Shown here piece by piece: positions 22,735-36,916 of a DNA stretch of 64,000 nt; the stretch's first letter is position 1, and each line of letters begins with the position of its first letter. Source of the DNA: Felis catus (taxonomy: Eukaryota). The stretch lies in contig NC_058368.1 of NCBI RefSeq assembly GCF_018350175.1, forward strand, positions 187,986,001-188,050,000, read 5' to 3'. The notes under the pieces were generated by a model, which was not told the DNA's origin, did not search any database, and saw only the letters and a list, made by a program, of their open reading frames with translations. The position numbers and the translations under genes are program-made.

Positions 22735-25019
22735 ATCTACTTCAACACTGTTATTTTACACGTGGGAACATGAAGTCCCAGAAAGAGGAAGGGATTTACT
22801 AAGACAGAGCCAGGTTTAGTAGCCCAGAGATTTTACTCCATTCCCATGACTTTTTTTTTTTTTTTTTTTTGCGACTGTTTCTGCAGCCTGACACAGGCTC
22901 TGAGCTTGAATCTCGGCTTTAGTTGAAAAGAGTGTGATCTTGGGCAAGCATGTAACCCCTTGCAGCCTCCATTTTTTTCATCTGAGAACTGGGGATATTG
23001 CTTCCTATTTCTTGAGATAATGCACATATTAGATGGTTTGAGACTTAAAGGAACTATGGTCTGTAAAGTTTAAGATGGGACCTGCTCATAAAAAACACAA
23101 CCAAAAACATCTGCTATTATTATTGATGTCCTCTGTGATTTTATATGTATTAATCTTATCCCCGTCATCTCCCCTGCCAAATTTCATAAAGAAAAGGGCT
23201 ACCCCTTACCACTGGTTCTTTAACGTCTCGGGCCCTAGACCTTGTTGAGGATCTCCTGAGAGCTGTGGACATGTTGCTTTACTCCACACTTTTCCTGAAT
23301 CCCTTATAGGAGCGTTCTCAGCGCCGAGTTCCTGACAGGGCCCTTTTCCAACTGATCTCCACACTGTTACTTCTTACTTTTGTTTGCTGAGCCTCTCTCC
23401 CACTCAATCTCACTGTGACTTCTTTCACTCTTGGGCAACAGAACTAACCCAGGGTTTTACTTTTCATCAAGGAGCAAAACTTGAACTGAGTAAAATGAGT
23501 AGACGCTGACCTTATCCTGTCTTCCCAGAGCTCATGGTCTAAGATGAATAATGGGAATGTGTATCTAACGACGCACAGAGAATTGTGTTTGACATTGAAC
23601 ATGAATGTGAGTTAAATAAGGAAACAAATAAATACATGACATAGGTCTCCATTCTTCTCCTCTTTTGTGCTGTTTGAACCAAAGCATCCAACCTTTTTTG
23701 GGGGATTTTCACTTGCGGTGACCACCAAGTTCAGAAAGGTCTAAAGGAAGTGGTGAGAACATTTTTCCTTGGGGGCATCTAAAAATTGTATCTGGTATTA
23801 GAGCTCAGCTTTGGAAAGGACAGACCCGGCCCCTGGGGAGCAAGGCAAGAATGTGATGTCAGAGGGCGATTTCTGCCTTCCACTTCCATTTTCTGACAGA
23901 GGTGGCAGTGTGGGGCCCAGGGGTGAGGTGGGCATATTTAGGATAGAGGTGTGGCATCACTATGGGTTCCATGGGCATGGCAAAGGAGAGATGAGTGTAA
24001 GAAAGAGGCAGTTTTCTTTGCCTATCTCTGCCATGTACTGAAGAATGCCGGGACAGGAAATGCCCAGCGTTTCTTAGCTATTTACTGGACGCCTAACTGA
24101 CAAATTTGGAAGGTTGCCTCAGGAGTCCTGAAAAGATGAAGGGAGAAAGAGGAGGGACCTTCTTTTTGTTTTTGTTTTTTCCTTTTGTGGGACTGCTCTA
24201 GTAAGTGCTTGTGAGTAGGGTATGGGGAAGATTTTGTAGAAACTTCTAGATGGGAACCACATGGTATGGATTGCAAGTTTCTGGAGGGGCTTCCAAATAT
24301 CTTCCAGCCCTTTGGAGTGCTATCCATTTTAAGGTAAACATTGCCTTCTTCCTATGGCCCTATTTTAATTAACCATGAATACAGTTCTGTACCAAGCATG
24401 TGCCAAGCTAATTCACAAGCATCATATCATTTAATTCTCCAAACAACACTTTTGGAGAAGACATTGTTGGCTCCAATTTACAGATGAGAAAACTGAGGAT
24501 AAGAGACACAATAAACTTGCTTCAGATTGCTCAGAGATGGGATTAGATCAGAAGCAGTTTGACTCAGAGTTGATATTTTTCACCTCCCAGATAACCCAAA
24601 TTTAGCTGCAGGCTGACCTCACTGCTAAGCAAAACTACAGGAGTTTCTGGGCAAACCTCCATGGGTCAGGGACATAGATCTAGAGAGGCAGAAGACTTCT
24701 GGGCCATGTGTTACCACACAATACAAGCATGGGCCCTCTTCTGGGGTTGGATTTAAGGACTACATCTCTCCTAACTCCTTGGGAATCTCAAGTGAGCTCG
24801 AGCTTGAGTCTTAATTCTTCCAAGTGAAAGGGTGGGAAACCTGATTTAATCATTGTCTTTAAGGACTGAGAAGGTTATGTTATTGATCCCATGATGGCAA
24901 CCAACTGTTGGTGAGAGAGAGAGAGAATATATAGATGTTAAAGAGCATGATAGATGCCAGTTAAACCTCAGGAAGTAACTTATTTTATTTTATATTTTTT
25001 ATAATAATTGGTTTTTTGT

Positions 25020-25228
25020 GGGGGCGCCTGAGTGGCTCAGTGACATCTGACTTTGGCTCAGGTCATGATCTTGTGGTTTGTGAGTTAAAGCCCCGCATCA
25101 GGCTCTGTGCTGACAGCTCAGAGCCTGGAGCCTGCTTCAGATTCTGTGTCTCCCTCTCTCTCTGCCCCTCCCCTGCTTGTGCTCTGTCTCTGTCTCAAAA
25201 ATAAACAAACATTAAAATTTTTTTAAAA
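25020..25228 (+). mobile_element. Can-SINE (felid type)
   Basis: ggggcgcctgagtggctcag ... ctctgtctcaaaaataaac. Confidence 0.92.
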
Positions 25229-25236
25229 TAATAATC

Positions 25237-25438
25237 TTTTTTTTTTTTTAATTTGAGAGAGAGAGAGTAGGAGAGAGGGGCAGGGTGGGGGGGGGGCAGT
25301 GAGAGAGAGAATCTTAAGCATGCTCCACGGAGCTCAGTACAGAGCCCGATGTGGGACTTGATCCTATGATACTGGGAACAAGACATGAGCCAAAATCAAG
25401 AGTCAGACACTCGACCAACCTAGCCACCCAGATGCCCC
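25237..25438 (-). mobile_element. Older Can-SINE
   Basis: gagagagaatcttaagca ... aaatcaagagtcagacac ... agccacccagatgcccc. Confidence 0.88.
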
Positions 25439-27189
25439 TCAAGGAGTAGCTTATTAAACATCAGATCAAATTCTAGTTTTTGCCACTTCTTAGCTTTGTG
25501 ACCTTGGGCAAAGTTACTTCATTTATTTAAGCTTCCATCTGTTTATCTGTAAAATGGGGATTTTAATAGTCTTTACCCTATCAAGTTATTATAAGGATTA
25601 AGTGAGACTTTGGCATCTAGAAAACTCCCAATCAATATTAGTTATTGTTGATATTTTGTGTCATCTTAAAAAAAAAAACCCACCAGATCTCTCAATACCC
25701 AAAGTATTTAGGTACAGATTTTCCTAGCTGATCTCTCAGTGATACTTTCAAACCATCATTTGCCAATTGCTGTACCTGATTCCTTTTTGTTTCTTTTCTG
25801 ATACACATCGCATTGAACAAACAGTGGCTGGAAAAGTCACAATAATGTAAATAACAGTAGCTATCACTTGTTGAGAAATTACTGTATGGTAGGCTTGTGT
25901 TATGGGCTTTACATGCCCCATCTCACCTTAGCACAAGAAGCCTATCAGGTAGGTGGAAATATTGTATCTGGCCTTTGAGATGCAGCTTCTGGAAGTAACT
26001 GTACCACACCTAGAACAGGGCTTGCTGGAAATATTTCTTCATGCAGAGAACTCCTGGAGATGTTGGAGACTAAGCCAGAGAGGGTACTGGTGGGCTCGGG
26101 GAGTGGGGAGTGGCAGGCCATTGGCCCCATGAGCTTGCTGTGCAGAAGGAAAGGGAATCAGCTTGCCAGCAGGCAGGACAGCAGGCTCTTGGCCTATAAT
26201 TCTTGGCCACTGATACAATTAGTGTCAACAGGAATTTTCCTTGTGTATCAGACCGAAGAGGTTCATAGGCTATAAACCAACACATCAGAGGCTGACCATT
26301 TGTGCCCTAGAAAGGCAGGGAAGGAAGGGGGACCCATATGAACCTCCACCTGCCCTCGATACTGCAGAAAGGACCAGTCCATGAGAAAGGGAAGAAGAGA
26401 AGGTGGGAAGAGGGCAGGAAACAAACTCCAGTGAATACATATTTTCAATTAAATCTCGGTGTTTGAGTGGAACAGTGGAAAGGAGAAAAAAAAAAAAGGT
26501 ATCATTCTAGAGCTGTTTTCTCTCAAATGAAGATGGAGAACTTGTCCTTAAAACAGCTGGACCAGCTCCAGGTATAAAAGTTCATACTTTTATTGACAAC
26601 TGAAAACTTTAGAAATGTTCTTTTGCTTAGTCTGGGGACTGCCCAATTTACCCCTTCCTGCTGCTGCTCTGTTGGAAGTCTAGAAATTTCGAAAGGAAGA
26701 AATATGGAGCCACAGAGCAGGCAAAGGGTTGCCTAGACAGCCAGTGATGCTCAAGCTTTACTGGGCTTGAGTCATCTAGAGTGAGCCTTCAAATGCAGAT
26801 TCCTGGGTCCCAGCCCCAGATATTTTGCTCCAGTAGGTGTGAAGTGAGGTCCTGGATGAATAAAGAGCATTTCTTACCCTTAAGGGTCTTTATGGGGAGG
26901 TGGGTCTCAAACTAGCATTTAATGACAGTGTGGTAATTAACGCTTCAGTACCTAGTTGCTTGCTGCCCAAATGTTGTAACCACGAGTGCTAGGAGTTTAA
27001 ATTAGACTGTGTAATGCACTTTGTATTGGGTCTGACGCATAGTAAGACCACTCAGTAATGTTAGTTCTTCTTCCTTCTAAGAGAGGAAGAGATTTTCCGT
27101 GGCTCAGTAGGCTAGCTGGTCTCCACTGAGTACGGGTACCCTCTTTTGGGCTCTGAGGAGCAGATTGAACTTGTGAAGAAAGATTTTCT

Positions 27190-27215
27190 TAAAAAAATTT
27201 TTTTTAATGTTTATT

Positions 27216-27258
<43 letters not shown>

Positions 27259-27427
27259 ATGTGTGGGGGAGGGGCAAAGAGAAAGGTAGTGGACACAGAA
27301 TCTGAAGCAGGATCCAGGCTCTGAGCTATCAGCCCAGAGCTGGACACAGGACTCAAATCCACAAACTGTGAGATCATGACCTCAGCTGAAGTCGGACACT
27401 TAACTGACTGAGCCACCTAGGTGCCCC
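27190..27427 (-). mobile_element. Can-SINE with expanded (GA)n
   Basis: TSD tgaagaaagattttct / tgaagaaaattttct. Confidence 0.93.
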
Positions 27428-30400
27428 TGAAGAAAATTTTCTCAACCCCATAAGCATACCCATTTGCATTCAGAATGGACATCTATTTAGAAACAATTAC
27501 CCTCTTTGTATTCAAGCTGATCCCAGCTAGAACACAGCTGATCTGCCTCCTGGATGTACACAGAAGGGAGACATTCAGAAACAGAGCTTGGAAGGGCCTG
27601 GAAAGGTTGTATGGCACTGCCCTCATTTCACAGATGAGGAAACCAAGGCCAGACAAATGATGTGACTGTGGTCGCTCAGAGCTAGAACCAGGACTGAGTC
27701 CTCTAATGTCTAGCCCAATACTCTTTAAAAATAAATCTACTTAATATAACTATATATTATTTGCATTATTTAATCACTAAACAGAAGGAAATAGTTTTTA
27801 AAAAAAATTATCGAAGTGGATTGTTCTTATGGTAAAACTATGGGAAGGTACAGAACACCAAAGGGAAATCACCCTTTATTCCACTGTCCAGAGAGAACCT
27901 CACTGCAGGTGTACTGGCAAATGTTTTCTAGACTTCACACTCACACACACACATGCATGCGCCAGTGTGCACACACATACCCCCCGCCCCACACATCCAT
28001 GCATGCATGCACAACTGAGTGCATCTTGTGTGGGCCCCTAGCCTCTGTTCAACTTCTGCCCTGTACCCAGAGCTGTCCTGAGCTCCCCACCTCCCAGACC
28101 CAGACTTACACTCCCCTACGGCTCTAGAGGTGGAGACCCTGACCCTGTCAGAGTGAATGAGAGCTCGAGGACCCTCTTGGCACAGGATTTGAAGATGAGA
28201 GGATTGAGGTTTGGTGCAGGGTGTGGAGGTGGTCCAGACTTCCTGTGACCACAGGGAGGGCACCTGTCTGGGTGTGGAGAGGAATGGGACTGAGTGATGT
28301 CATCTGTCCTCACACATTCCCACAGGAGTCACCAGAATAATTCCCGTACATTAGAGTAGCTAGCTGTCTGTCACCGGTGGATCCAATTCTTACTGGGACT
28401 TTTGAACAAGTTGCTTGATCTCTCTGAACCCAGGTTCCACATCTGTAAAATGGGATAATACTTGGGAGACCACAGTGAGGATAATATACCACCACTAGTA
28501 CAACTGATACCAATAATAATGATTAAACTTAGAGCTGCCTCTATTAACTGTTTGCTGTGGTCGGTACTTATGCCAAACAGTTTAATATATTGTTTCATTT
28601 AATCTTCACACACACAGGGAGAGGAAGAGGGATGTGCCATGATTGTGTATGGTGAAGGACTGAGATGCGAGACCAGATTCCAGCTGTCCTAACTGCTGTC
28701 ACAGTCATTTTGCTAACTGATCCCTTCTGCTTCTTCAAATGTTTGGTAGGGGGATCTTGGTGCTTTTCTGGGCCTCTTGGCTGGGGGCCACCTCTGCCCT
28801 CTGCAGGGGACAGGACACTGATTCCAGACTGGAGACTGGGAAGTGGCCGCTGGGCTGTCGCCGAGAGGGCTGGGACACTGGCCAGAGCCCTCTCTGTCTG
28901 TAGCATCCCCCTTCCTGGCTGTGCCCCAGTGTTCCCTAGGTAACCACAGGGGACGCAGCACAGATTTATGGCCTGCAGTTCCTAAGCAAGTACCTGACAT
29001 GTTCTGTCCGAAAGCGATGGTGTCTGGCTCCTTGATGAGTCATCGGGAGGGGAACAGATACATGTGGGTGGCACGGAAGGAGGGAAAACCCCCACTGCTC
29101 ACCTCCCACAGCCAGAGAGACTGAGAGGAATTGCTCCATCATGCAGACTGTTGAGAAGGCAGATGTTCAAGGCTCCCATTTTATAGACGGGGACACCGAG
29201 GCCCTATTCTACCTGCTCTTTATTTATTTCATGAACGTTGGTTGAGCTTGGTGCCAGGCTATGTTAGATCGTGTGGGGGATGCAAACATGGAGAAAGTAC
29301 AGACTCTGCCATCAACGGTGCTATTGGCCAAGCAAGGAGAATAAACTCTGGACCAGGGAGCTGTCACCAGGATAGGATGTTAAAGTGTGTGTGTGGGGGA
29401 GGGGTCTCAAGAGTTAGCATGCCAACCATTTGTATTTAAGTAGGTTCAACTTCACTTCAATCTTTTAGCATCTACTAGGTGCTAAGGAAAGCTGAGAAAA
29501 ACATGAAATCCCCCAAGAAGCTTCTAGAAAGGTTTTGGAATTTTTTTTTTCAAGGTAACATCTGGATGATTTTAAGACAGTTGAATGTTACAGAGCTGAA
29601 ATGACATTTTACAGCAGGCTCATTAGTTCATGCTGGTATTTAGCAAGCCTTTATTTATTTTTAAAGTATTGTTCCTATTGGGACTCTATTTGGCCTACTT
29701 GGCTGGTGCTGGAGGAAGGGGGGATGCTGAGACATCTCACTTTTCCCTCTGACAAAGGTGAGCACGCAGCTCTAAGGCACAAGGGAGAAGAATAAGATTT
29801 CACTGGGTTATTGTAGAGTGAATCATCTTTGATCTCCACTCCTTGGGAGCCTGTTGGAATAACACATGTATTTTACATAGTAAATATTCCTACATTCATG
29901 TACCTAGTTAAAAATCATGCCAGTACGTCCAAATGTAGGTTTTGTACTTCAGAGTGGTAACCTTGGCAGGCGATAAGCTTGTTTCAATAATTCAATTAAA
30001 ACTATCTTTTCCTCCTCTTTCAATATCGTTCTCCAACCAATGCACATTCTTGCTTCCATCATGGTGGAGTGAAACAATCATTATCTGAGAGCAGATGTGA
30101 TTTTTAGATTCAGTAGTCCTAAGAAGGTACCTAGCTCTGGTCTGTCCCAGATGCTTCCATGACTTCCCCTGTGCTGTTTCATATGGCAGGGGGCTGACAT
30201 CCCATCTTCCAGGCTGCAGTTCCCAGGCTCCCTTGTCATCTGGCTTCCAGCTGGGTTTGGTCAGTGGGGGGCATGGCTTCAGGGAGAGAGACAGAAGTTA
30301 GGACATCTTTCCCTCTGTCTTTCTTGGGGGCTATTAATGGTAAAGGTTCATCACTTCTTTGGCTCCTGCTTCACCAGACAGATCCAATAGCATAAATACA

Positions 30401-31093
30401 TAAATATATAAATACACATATATATATATTATACACACATATCAATGACTTGATCTCTGCCAGCATGAACATGCTATAAAATATAATAGAAAAGAGATTT
30501 CACTCACAATAGCAACTGAATATGTAATACCCAGGAATAACTTTAACAAGAAATGTATAGGACCTCTATGGAGAAAATGGCAAAAATTCCGTGAGCAGCG
30601 TGGAAGGAGACTTGAATAAATGGAAAGCTGTATTATGCTTCTGGAAGTATTGTAATGATGTCAATGTCCCACGGTTAAATCTATTAATTTAAGGCAATTA
30701 CATAAAAAAGATATCAATGAGATTTGGAGGGAATTTAACAAATTATTCCAAAGTGCTTTTGGAAGAGTAAATGCTTAAGAATAGCCAAGAAAATTGGGAA
30801 AAAGAGGTTATGTGGAGGGAATTTCCCTACCAGATTAAAGTGCTTGACAATGTGACTGGCAGAGGGTTAGACTGGCAGATCATCGGACTAAAACGGATCA
30901 TCTAAAACCAAATCCAACTCTGCATAAGAATGAATATGTAGTAAAAGTGACATTTCCATTTTTCACAAGTGTCGATTTTGGATATTTGGAAAAAAAATAA
31001 AGTCGGAACCTTACTTCTACCTCCCATAAAATATACACTCCAGATAATTAGAGATTTAAGTGTAAATATCTAAATCATAAAAATATTAGAAGA

Positions 31094-31305
31094 GGGGGGC
31101 CTGGGTGGCTCAGTCGGTTGGGCGTCCCACTTCTGCTCAGGTCATGATCTTGTGGTTTGTGAGTTCAAGCCCCACATCGGGCTCTGTGCTGACAGCTCAG
31201 AACCTGGAGCCTGCTTTGGATTCTGTGTCTCCCTCTCTCTCTGCTCCTCTCCTACTCGTTTTCTGTCTCTCTCTCTCAAAAATAAATAAACATTAAAAAA
31301 ATCAA
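31094..31305 (+). mobile_element. Can-SINE with TSD
   Basis: Perfect TSD aaaaatattagaaga (31079 / 31306). Confidence 0.95.
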
Positions 31306-31905
31306 AAAAATATTAGAAGAAAGTATAAGTGCATATTTTTAGCTCTTTAGGGTTAGGGAAATTATTTTTAACAATCAACATCAAAAATCGTAAAAGAAAT
31401 GAGTACAAATAGAAATAAAGATGTGGAACTTACAACAAATCTTCCTACATTATCAAGTTAAAACACAAAGGATATATTAAAAACATTTTCAACTTATATG
31501 AATAATAGATAATGAATATTCTACATATTCAAAAAATCTTTATAGATCAATCAAGAAAAGATGAATAACATCCAAATAAAAATGTGAAAGGAACACGAAT
31601 GGATAAATCTTAAGTAAAATATAGGGATAATCAATGATCATACACAAATCTGTGTTGTAATAAGTATAAATTACATAACAACAATATCTAGTTTTTACCT
31701 ATTGGGCAGCTAGGAATAAAGGTAAGTATGAAAATTCTGAAAAGGGGGAGGGAAAATCGATCATCTCATACAGTGTTGGTAGGCATGTAAATTGGCACAT
31801 TTCTAAAGGGTGTTTGACAATAGATGTCAAAACACTTGAAAATGTGTATTCTTTAACATAGCAATTCCACTTCTTGGAATCTACCTTAAGAAAATAAACA
31901 AACAA

Positions 31906-32066
31906 GGGGCATGTGGGTGGCTCAGTTGATTAAGCGTCCAACTTTGGCTCAGGTCATGACCTTGAAATTCGTGAGTTCGAGCCCCGAGTCATGCTGACAG
32001 CTCAGAGCCTGGAGCCTGCTTCTAATTCTGTGTGTGTCTCTCTCTCTCTGCTCCTCCCCAGCTCTT

Positions 32067-32107
<41 letters not shown>

Positions 32108-32131
32108 TAAACATTAAAAAAAATTAAAAAA
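31906..32131 (+). mobile_element. Can-SINE with TSD
   Basis: TSD aagaaaataaacaaa / aagaaaataagcaaa. Confidence 0.92.
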
Positions 32132-32356
32132 AAGAAAATAAGCAAATTCACAAAGATCTGTCGATCACAGTTTTGATATAAACACAAATTCACATATATA
32201 CACATGCTCATACCTACTTAGAAGCATTCTAAATGCCTGCTAACTGGGAATTGAATAAAGCATTAGAGTACATCTACATGGTTACAGCCATGCAACCACT
32301 GAAAGGACAATGATGTAAAATCATGATATAGTATATATTTAATGGTAGACTTTCCA

Positions 32357-32980
32357 GGGGTACCACCTGGGTGGCTCTGGCAGTTAAGGGACTGATTCTT
32401 TTTTTTAAAGTTTATTATTATTATTATTTTTAATATTTATTTATTTTTGAGAGAGAGAGAGAGTAAGAGAGAGTGAGCTAGTGAGGGAAGGGAAGAGAGA
32501 GAGGGAGATACAGAATCCGAAGTGGGCTCCAGGATCCGAGTTGTCAGCACAGAGTCCGACTTGGGGCTCAAACCCATGGACTGCAAAATCACGACCTGAG
32601 CCAAAGTCGGACGCTTAACCCACTGAGCCACCCAGGTGCCCCTAAAATTTATTTATTTGTTTTGAGAGAGAGTGAGCAGGGGGATAGAGAGGAGAGAGAA
32701 AATCCCAAGCTGACTCCACACTGCCAGCATGGGGCCAGGTACAGGGTTTGAACTCACAAACCAGGAGGTCATGACCTGAGCCGTAATCTAGAGTCTGACA
32801 GTTAACTGACAGACACCCAGGCGCCCTGCAACTGACCCTTGATCTTGGCTCAGGTCATGACCTCTTGGTTAATTTGTGAGATTGAGTCCTGCGTTTCTCC
32901 TTCCTTCTCTTTGCTCATCCCCGACCTGTGTTGTGCTCTCTCTCTCTCTCTGAAATAAAACAAATAAGCATTAAAAAATT
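32357..32980. mobile_element. Composite of three Can-SINEs: a plus-strand element split by two minus-strand elements
   Basis: Plus head at 32357-32400 resumes at about 32831. Minus SINEs lie at about 32415-32642 and about 32645-32826. Confidence 0.85.
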
Positions 32981-35217
32981 ACAATCTTTCCAAAAACATT
33001 GAAAGTGAAAAAAAACAAGATGCCAAGCTATACGAATAGTTAAAGTCTGCTTTTATAATATACAAATGTTTAGATGATTTCAAAAGAGATAACAAATATA
33101 CATACAAATATATTAGTTGGGATTATATCAAGCAAGTGGAGAAATTATAGGTGATTGAATAATTTTCTATAGTTTTTGAAGGTTTTTTTTTTTCCTTTTT
33201 AAAATAGACATATAATCAGCTGTCCTCCTCTCCTAAAAAATAAATCATTTTGAAAAGGGAAAGTCAATTGGATCCAAATCTGGAATCAAGATGGGAGGCT
33301 TTTTTATTTAGAGCTCCGCTAAAGTTGTATTTATCCATTTTCCCACAAAATTTTGGCCCATTTTGTTTCTTTGGTGTCTTTTGTTTCTTTCTAAACTGCT
33401 TTCACAATAATAATCCCAATCTTTTCCACCTATTAAAATCCCACCCAGCCTTTGAGGGTTTGCTAAGTCCCTGTAGACCCTCCCCCACCCCTCCCCCCAT
33501 CCCAGTCCTTATAGCCAGATTTGCTTGTTCTTTCCTCCTCTGTGCTCCTACCACGCCTTGGATACAACTCTAGCACAGTCCATACTCCTAGCTGGGTGTG
33601 GTGGTTTCTTGGGAATTTCTTGTCTTATTCCCCTCCCTTTGCAGGGGACTCAGAGTGGAGTTTTATGGGCTGGGATGATGGTGGGGAAGCCCTACCTGAG
33701 AGCCTGGAAGGTATCAAGTTGGAGGGCGAATGGAATGCTTACAAGCGTGAAAGTCCAAATGCAGGAATTAGGGAGGGGACCAAATCTGGCTGGCTGGCTG
33801 GACTTAAACTGGAACCAGACACCAGACCTATCAGGCCCACATGTTTGTAGGGACCCTTTGTTCTAGCTGATAGAAAACCAGCTGCAACTAGCTTACGCAA
33901 AAACAGAAATTTATTAAAAGTTAATTGAGTATAATAAGCAATTCAAAACCTGGCAGGTACCTGGGCTTCAGTAGCAAATGGAACCAGGGGTTTAAGATCC
34001 TTTGGATAAATTCTCATATACCATATCTCATCTTTGTTTCTTTTTACAGTGTGAAACCTCTTTTCACATCACATCATGAGAAACACAACCACACAAAAAA
34101 TCCTAATTTTTACATCTGAGAATATAGACAGCCACAAAAAGCCTGTCTCCTTTCATCTTGTCTCCAAACTCCCAAAGAAGGGTTCAGACAAGTCTGCGTG
34201 GGTCACCAGAGGCTCACCTCTGGGCCAACTGGCTGTTGCTAAGCAATGGGTTCTGTGATTGGCTCAGATTGGGGAGGTGACTAGCCCAGGGCCATCAACC
34301 TTTGCCAGGGGAAAGGGAGGGGTATCACATTCTTCTGGGGTGACTTCCATGGTGGCCATACGGATGAGGGAAGTGCCAGTTCTTAGAAAAGAGGTGCCTC
34401 ACAGGTATTCACCAGAGCACATAAGGATCCAAAATAGGATGGATGGAGAGAAAAGCCAGAAGGGTTTGCCTAGAAAACCACTCACCACTTGAAAACTATT
34501 CTTATGAGCCAGCAGGAATGCAATGTTTGGATGGATTGGGCATCTGCCTTATTTTCTCCTACTGACTTGTAAATGTTTTTGCTATCGTTTCTCATCTCCC
34601 AGGGCTTGTCATAACCCCTTACGCCTAATAGGTGGTCAATGAAGGTTTGTTATAATTTTGATCTACAGTGTTCTCATTAGGGGGTTTTGCAAACTGGGTC
34701 TGGATGACTTCAGAAAAGAGTACTAGAAGCGTTTTTGACATTAAGAAATAAATCCACAGCCTCCCTCCCTGGTTAACTGCTTTGATGGGAGCACTCATTT
34801 GGAAGGGAAATTCTTGGAAAGCATGGTAATAACTTGTTTCATTCCTCCAGTCCCATTGTGTGTGTGTGGTGTGTGTGGGAGAAGCACTTAGATGGAGTTT
34901 GGAAGGCATATTGAGCATCTCCCAGCATCATGCAGACTTCCCATTTCTGTTGGGCTCGTTAGTGATACCAAAACCAGTTTTGGCCAGAGTTAGAGGGTGC
35001 AAAACTCACGCTATAGATTCATGAATTCAGACATTTTTAGTTAGGATTCTTTTAGTGGCAAGTCCATGCCAGACTGCTTAGACACAAAGAATTCATTGGT
35101 TCATGTCAGAGAATGTCTGGCTCAGGTGAGATTTGATACAGGGCTCAAACAGTACAACCAGAATACAATTTCTCCATTTAAAAAAAAATTGCTTCTTTCT
35201 TAAGGGGTCTATTTTTA

Positions 35218-35442
35218 TTTTTTTTAAATTTTTTTCAACGTTTTTTATTTTATTTTTGGGACAGAGAGAGACAGAGCATGAACGGGGGAGGGGCAGAGAG
35301 AGAGGGAGACACAGAATCGGAAACAGGCTCCAGGCTCTGAGCCATCAGCCCAGAGCCCGACGCGGGGCTCAAACTCACGGACCGCGAGATCCTGACCTGG
35401 CTGAAGTCGGACGCTTAACCGGCTGCGCCACCCAGGCACCCC
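35218..35442 (-). mobile_element. Young felid Can-SINE (SINEC_Fc-like)
   Basis: CpGs retained. Perfect TSD ttaaggggtctattttta (35200 / 35443). Confidence 0.96.
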
Positions 35443-36653
35443 TTAAGGGGTCTATTTTTAAACAGGGTTTCCCTTCATGCTCTCACAACACTTCTTGGGG
35501 CTACATCCTTCCAGGTTTCCATCCAGTAGAAAAGATAAAGCTCACGTCTGTGCCAGTTTAAAAAATTCTCTGGACTTGAGTCTCACTGACCCTGTTTGCA
35601 TTATAGGCCCAACTCTGAACCAGTCACTGTGGGTGGGGGTTAAGGAATGGCTGAGATGCACTGCTTGGTTTAGTTTAGTAATGTGCTCACAACTGGAATA
35701 AAGCTTAAAAGTTGAGAGTAGGGAGGTCAGCTCCCCCAAACAAAATTGGGCTATGATGTCACAAGAGGGGAAAATGTTGGGTGGCAAAATCAGCAAAATT
35801 CACAACATACATGTTTGGCAGGGATCTCAGGGACTCTGTGGCCTAAACATCTCATTTCATTAGCTATAAAACTGAAATCCAGAAAAGGAGAAGAGCTGCC
35901 CCAGGACACACAACAAGTTAAGAGCAGAGCCACGGGCTCTTTAATTCCCATTCGGAGCTCTTTGCACTAAAGAACGTGCCCTTTAAGGATCCATCTATAC
36001 AGGCCAGGTCATCATCTCCTACCTCAGCTTCCGTCTCCATGAGAGATAATAGGGGCAGAGCTGCCAGGTACAGTTGTGCAGGTTATGGACTGCACAATTC
36101 CAGGGGTTCCAGTTACATAAAAATCTATATAAACGGTGCTGTCTAGAGCTGTGCATACACAGGGGTCTTACACAGGAGAATAGATCTGGAATTTGTTCTT
36201 TAGCAGGGATGGCAAATACTTGTCACATGTGGTGACACTTCTCTCTCCAGATCCCATGACAGGCATTGTCTGTCAATCATGTCACTCTTTCCCACTAAGT
36301 TCAGACTTAATCTCAGAATCTTTTTCAACCCGAGCCTCTAGGTTATTACCAGTTTTCAATTGTAGCTGGCACTTGGGCTAATATCTATTTTCCTTTCTGA
36401 ACTAAAATGAGTAGCTCAAATTTGTCTTCATAATGATCCCCCTCCCAAGACTCTAACTTATTTTCTATTCATTGATACTAGCATCAGATAGTGAGGAAAC
36501 TCCTCCCCCCCAAAACAAGCAGTCAATATTGCCATGATAATTCCAAAGAATGTTTTAAGGATTAAATGAGATAATGTAAGTAAAACTCTTAGATAGTGAT
36601 GGCTGTCTTGCAAATAGTCAATAAGTAGTAATTTAAAATAATAACAAAATATT

Positions 36654-36845
36654 GGGGCATCTGGGTGGCTCAGTCAGTTAAGCAGCTGACTCTTGGTTTC
36701 GGCTCTTATGGTTGGGTTCATGGCTTTGAGCCCCATATAGGGCTCTATGCTGGGATTCTCTCTCTTCTTCTCTCTCTGCTCCTTCCCCACTCATGCTTGC
36801 TTTCTCTCTAAATAAATAAAAACAAATAAATAAATAAATAAATAT
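36654..36845 (+). mobile_element. Older Can-SINE with (TAAA)n tail
   Basis: ggggcatctgggtggctcagtcagttaagc ... tgggattctctctc. Confidence 0.88.
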
Positions 36846-36916
36846 TTAAAAATCACCCTGTTGGAATCTCTAAACGTATGTCTGAGGTGCTAACAGTCCC
36901 TAATGTTTATATTCTT

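Larger units (their letters stand above)
30440..32340 (+). mobile_element. Old, degenerate L1 ORF2/3' fragment, hosting two SINEs
   Basis: acccaggaataactttaacaagaaatgtataggacctctatggagaaaat; gacttgaataaatggaaag; gttggtaggcatgtaaattggcac; gcaattccacttcttggaatctacc. Confidence 0.75.
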
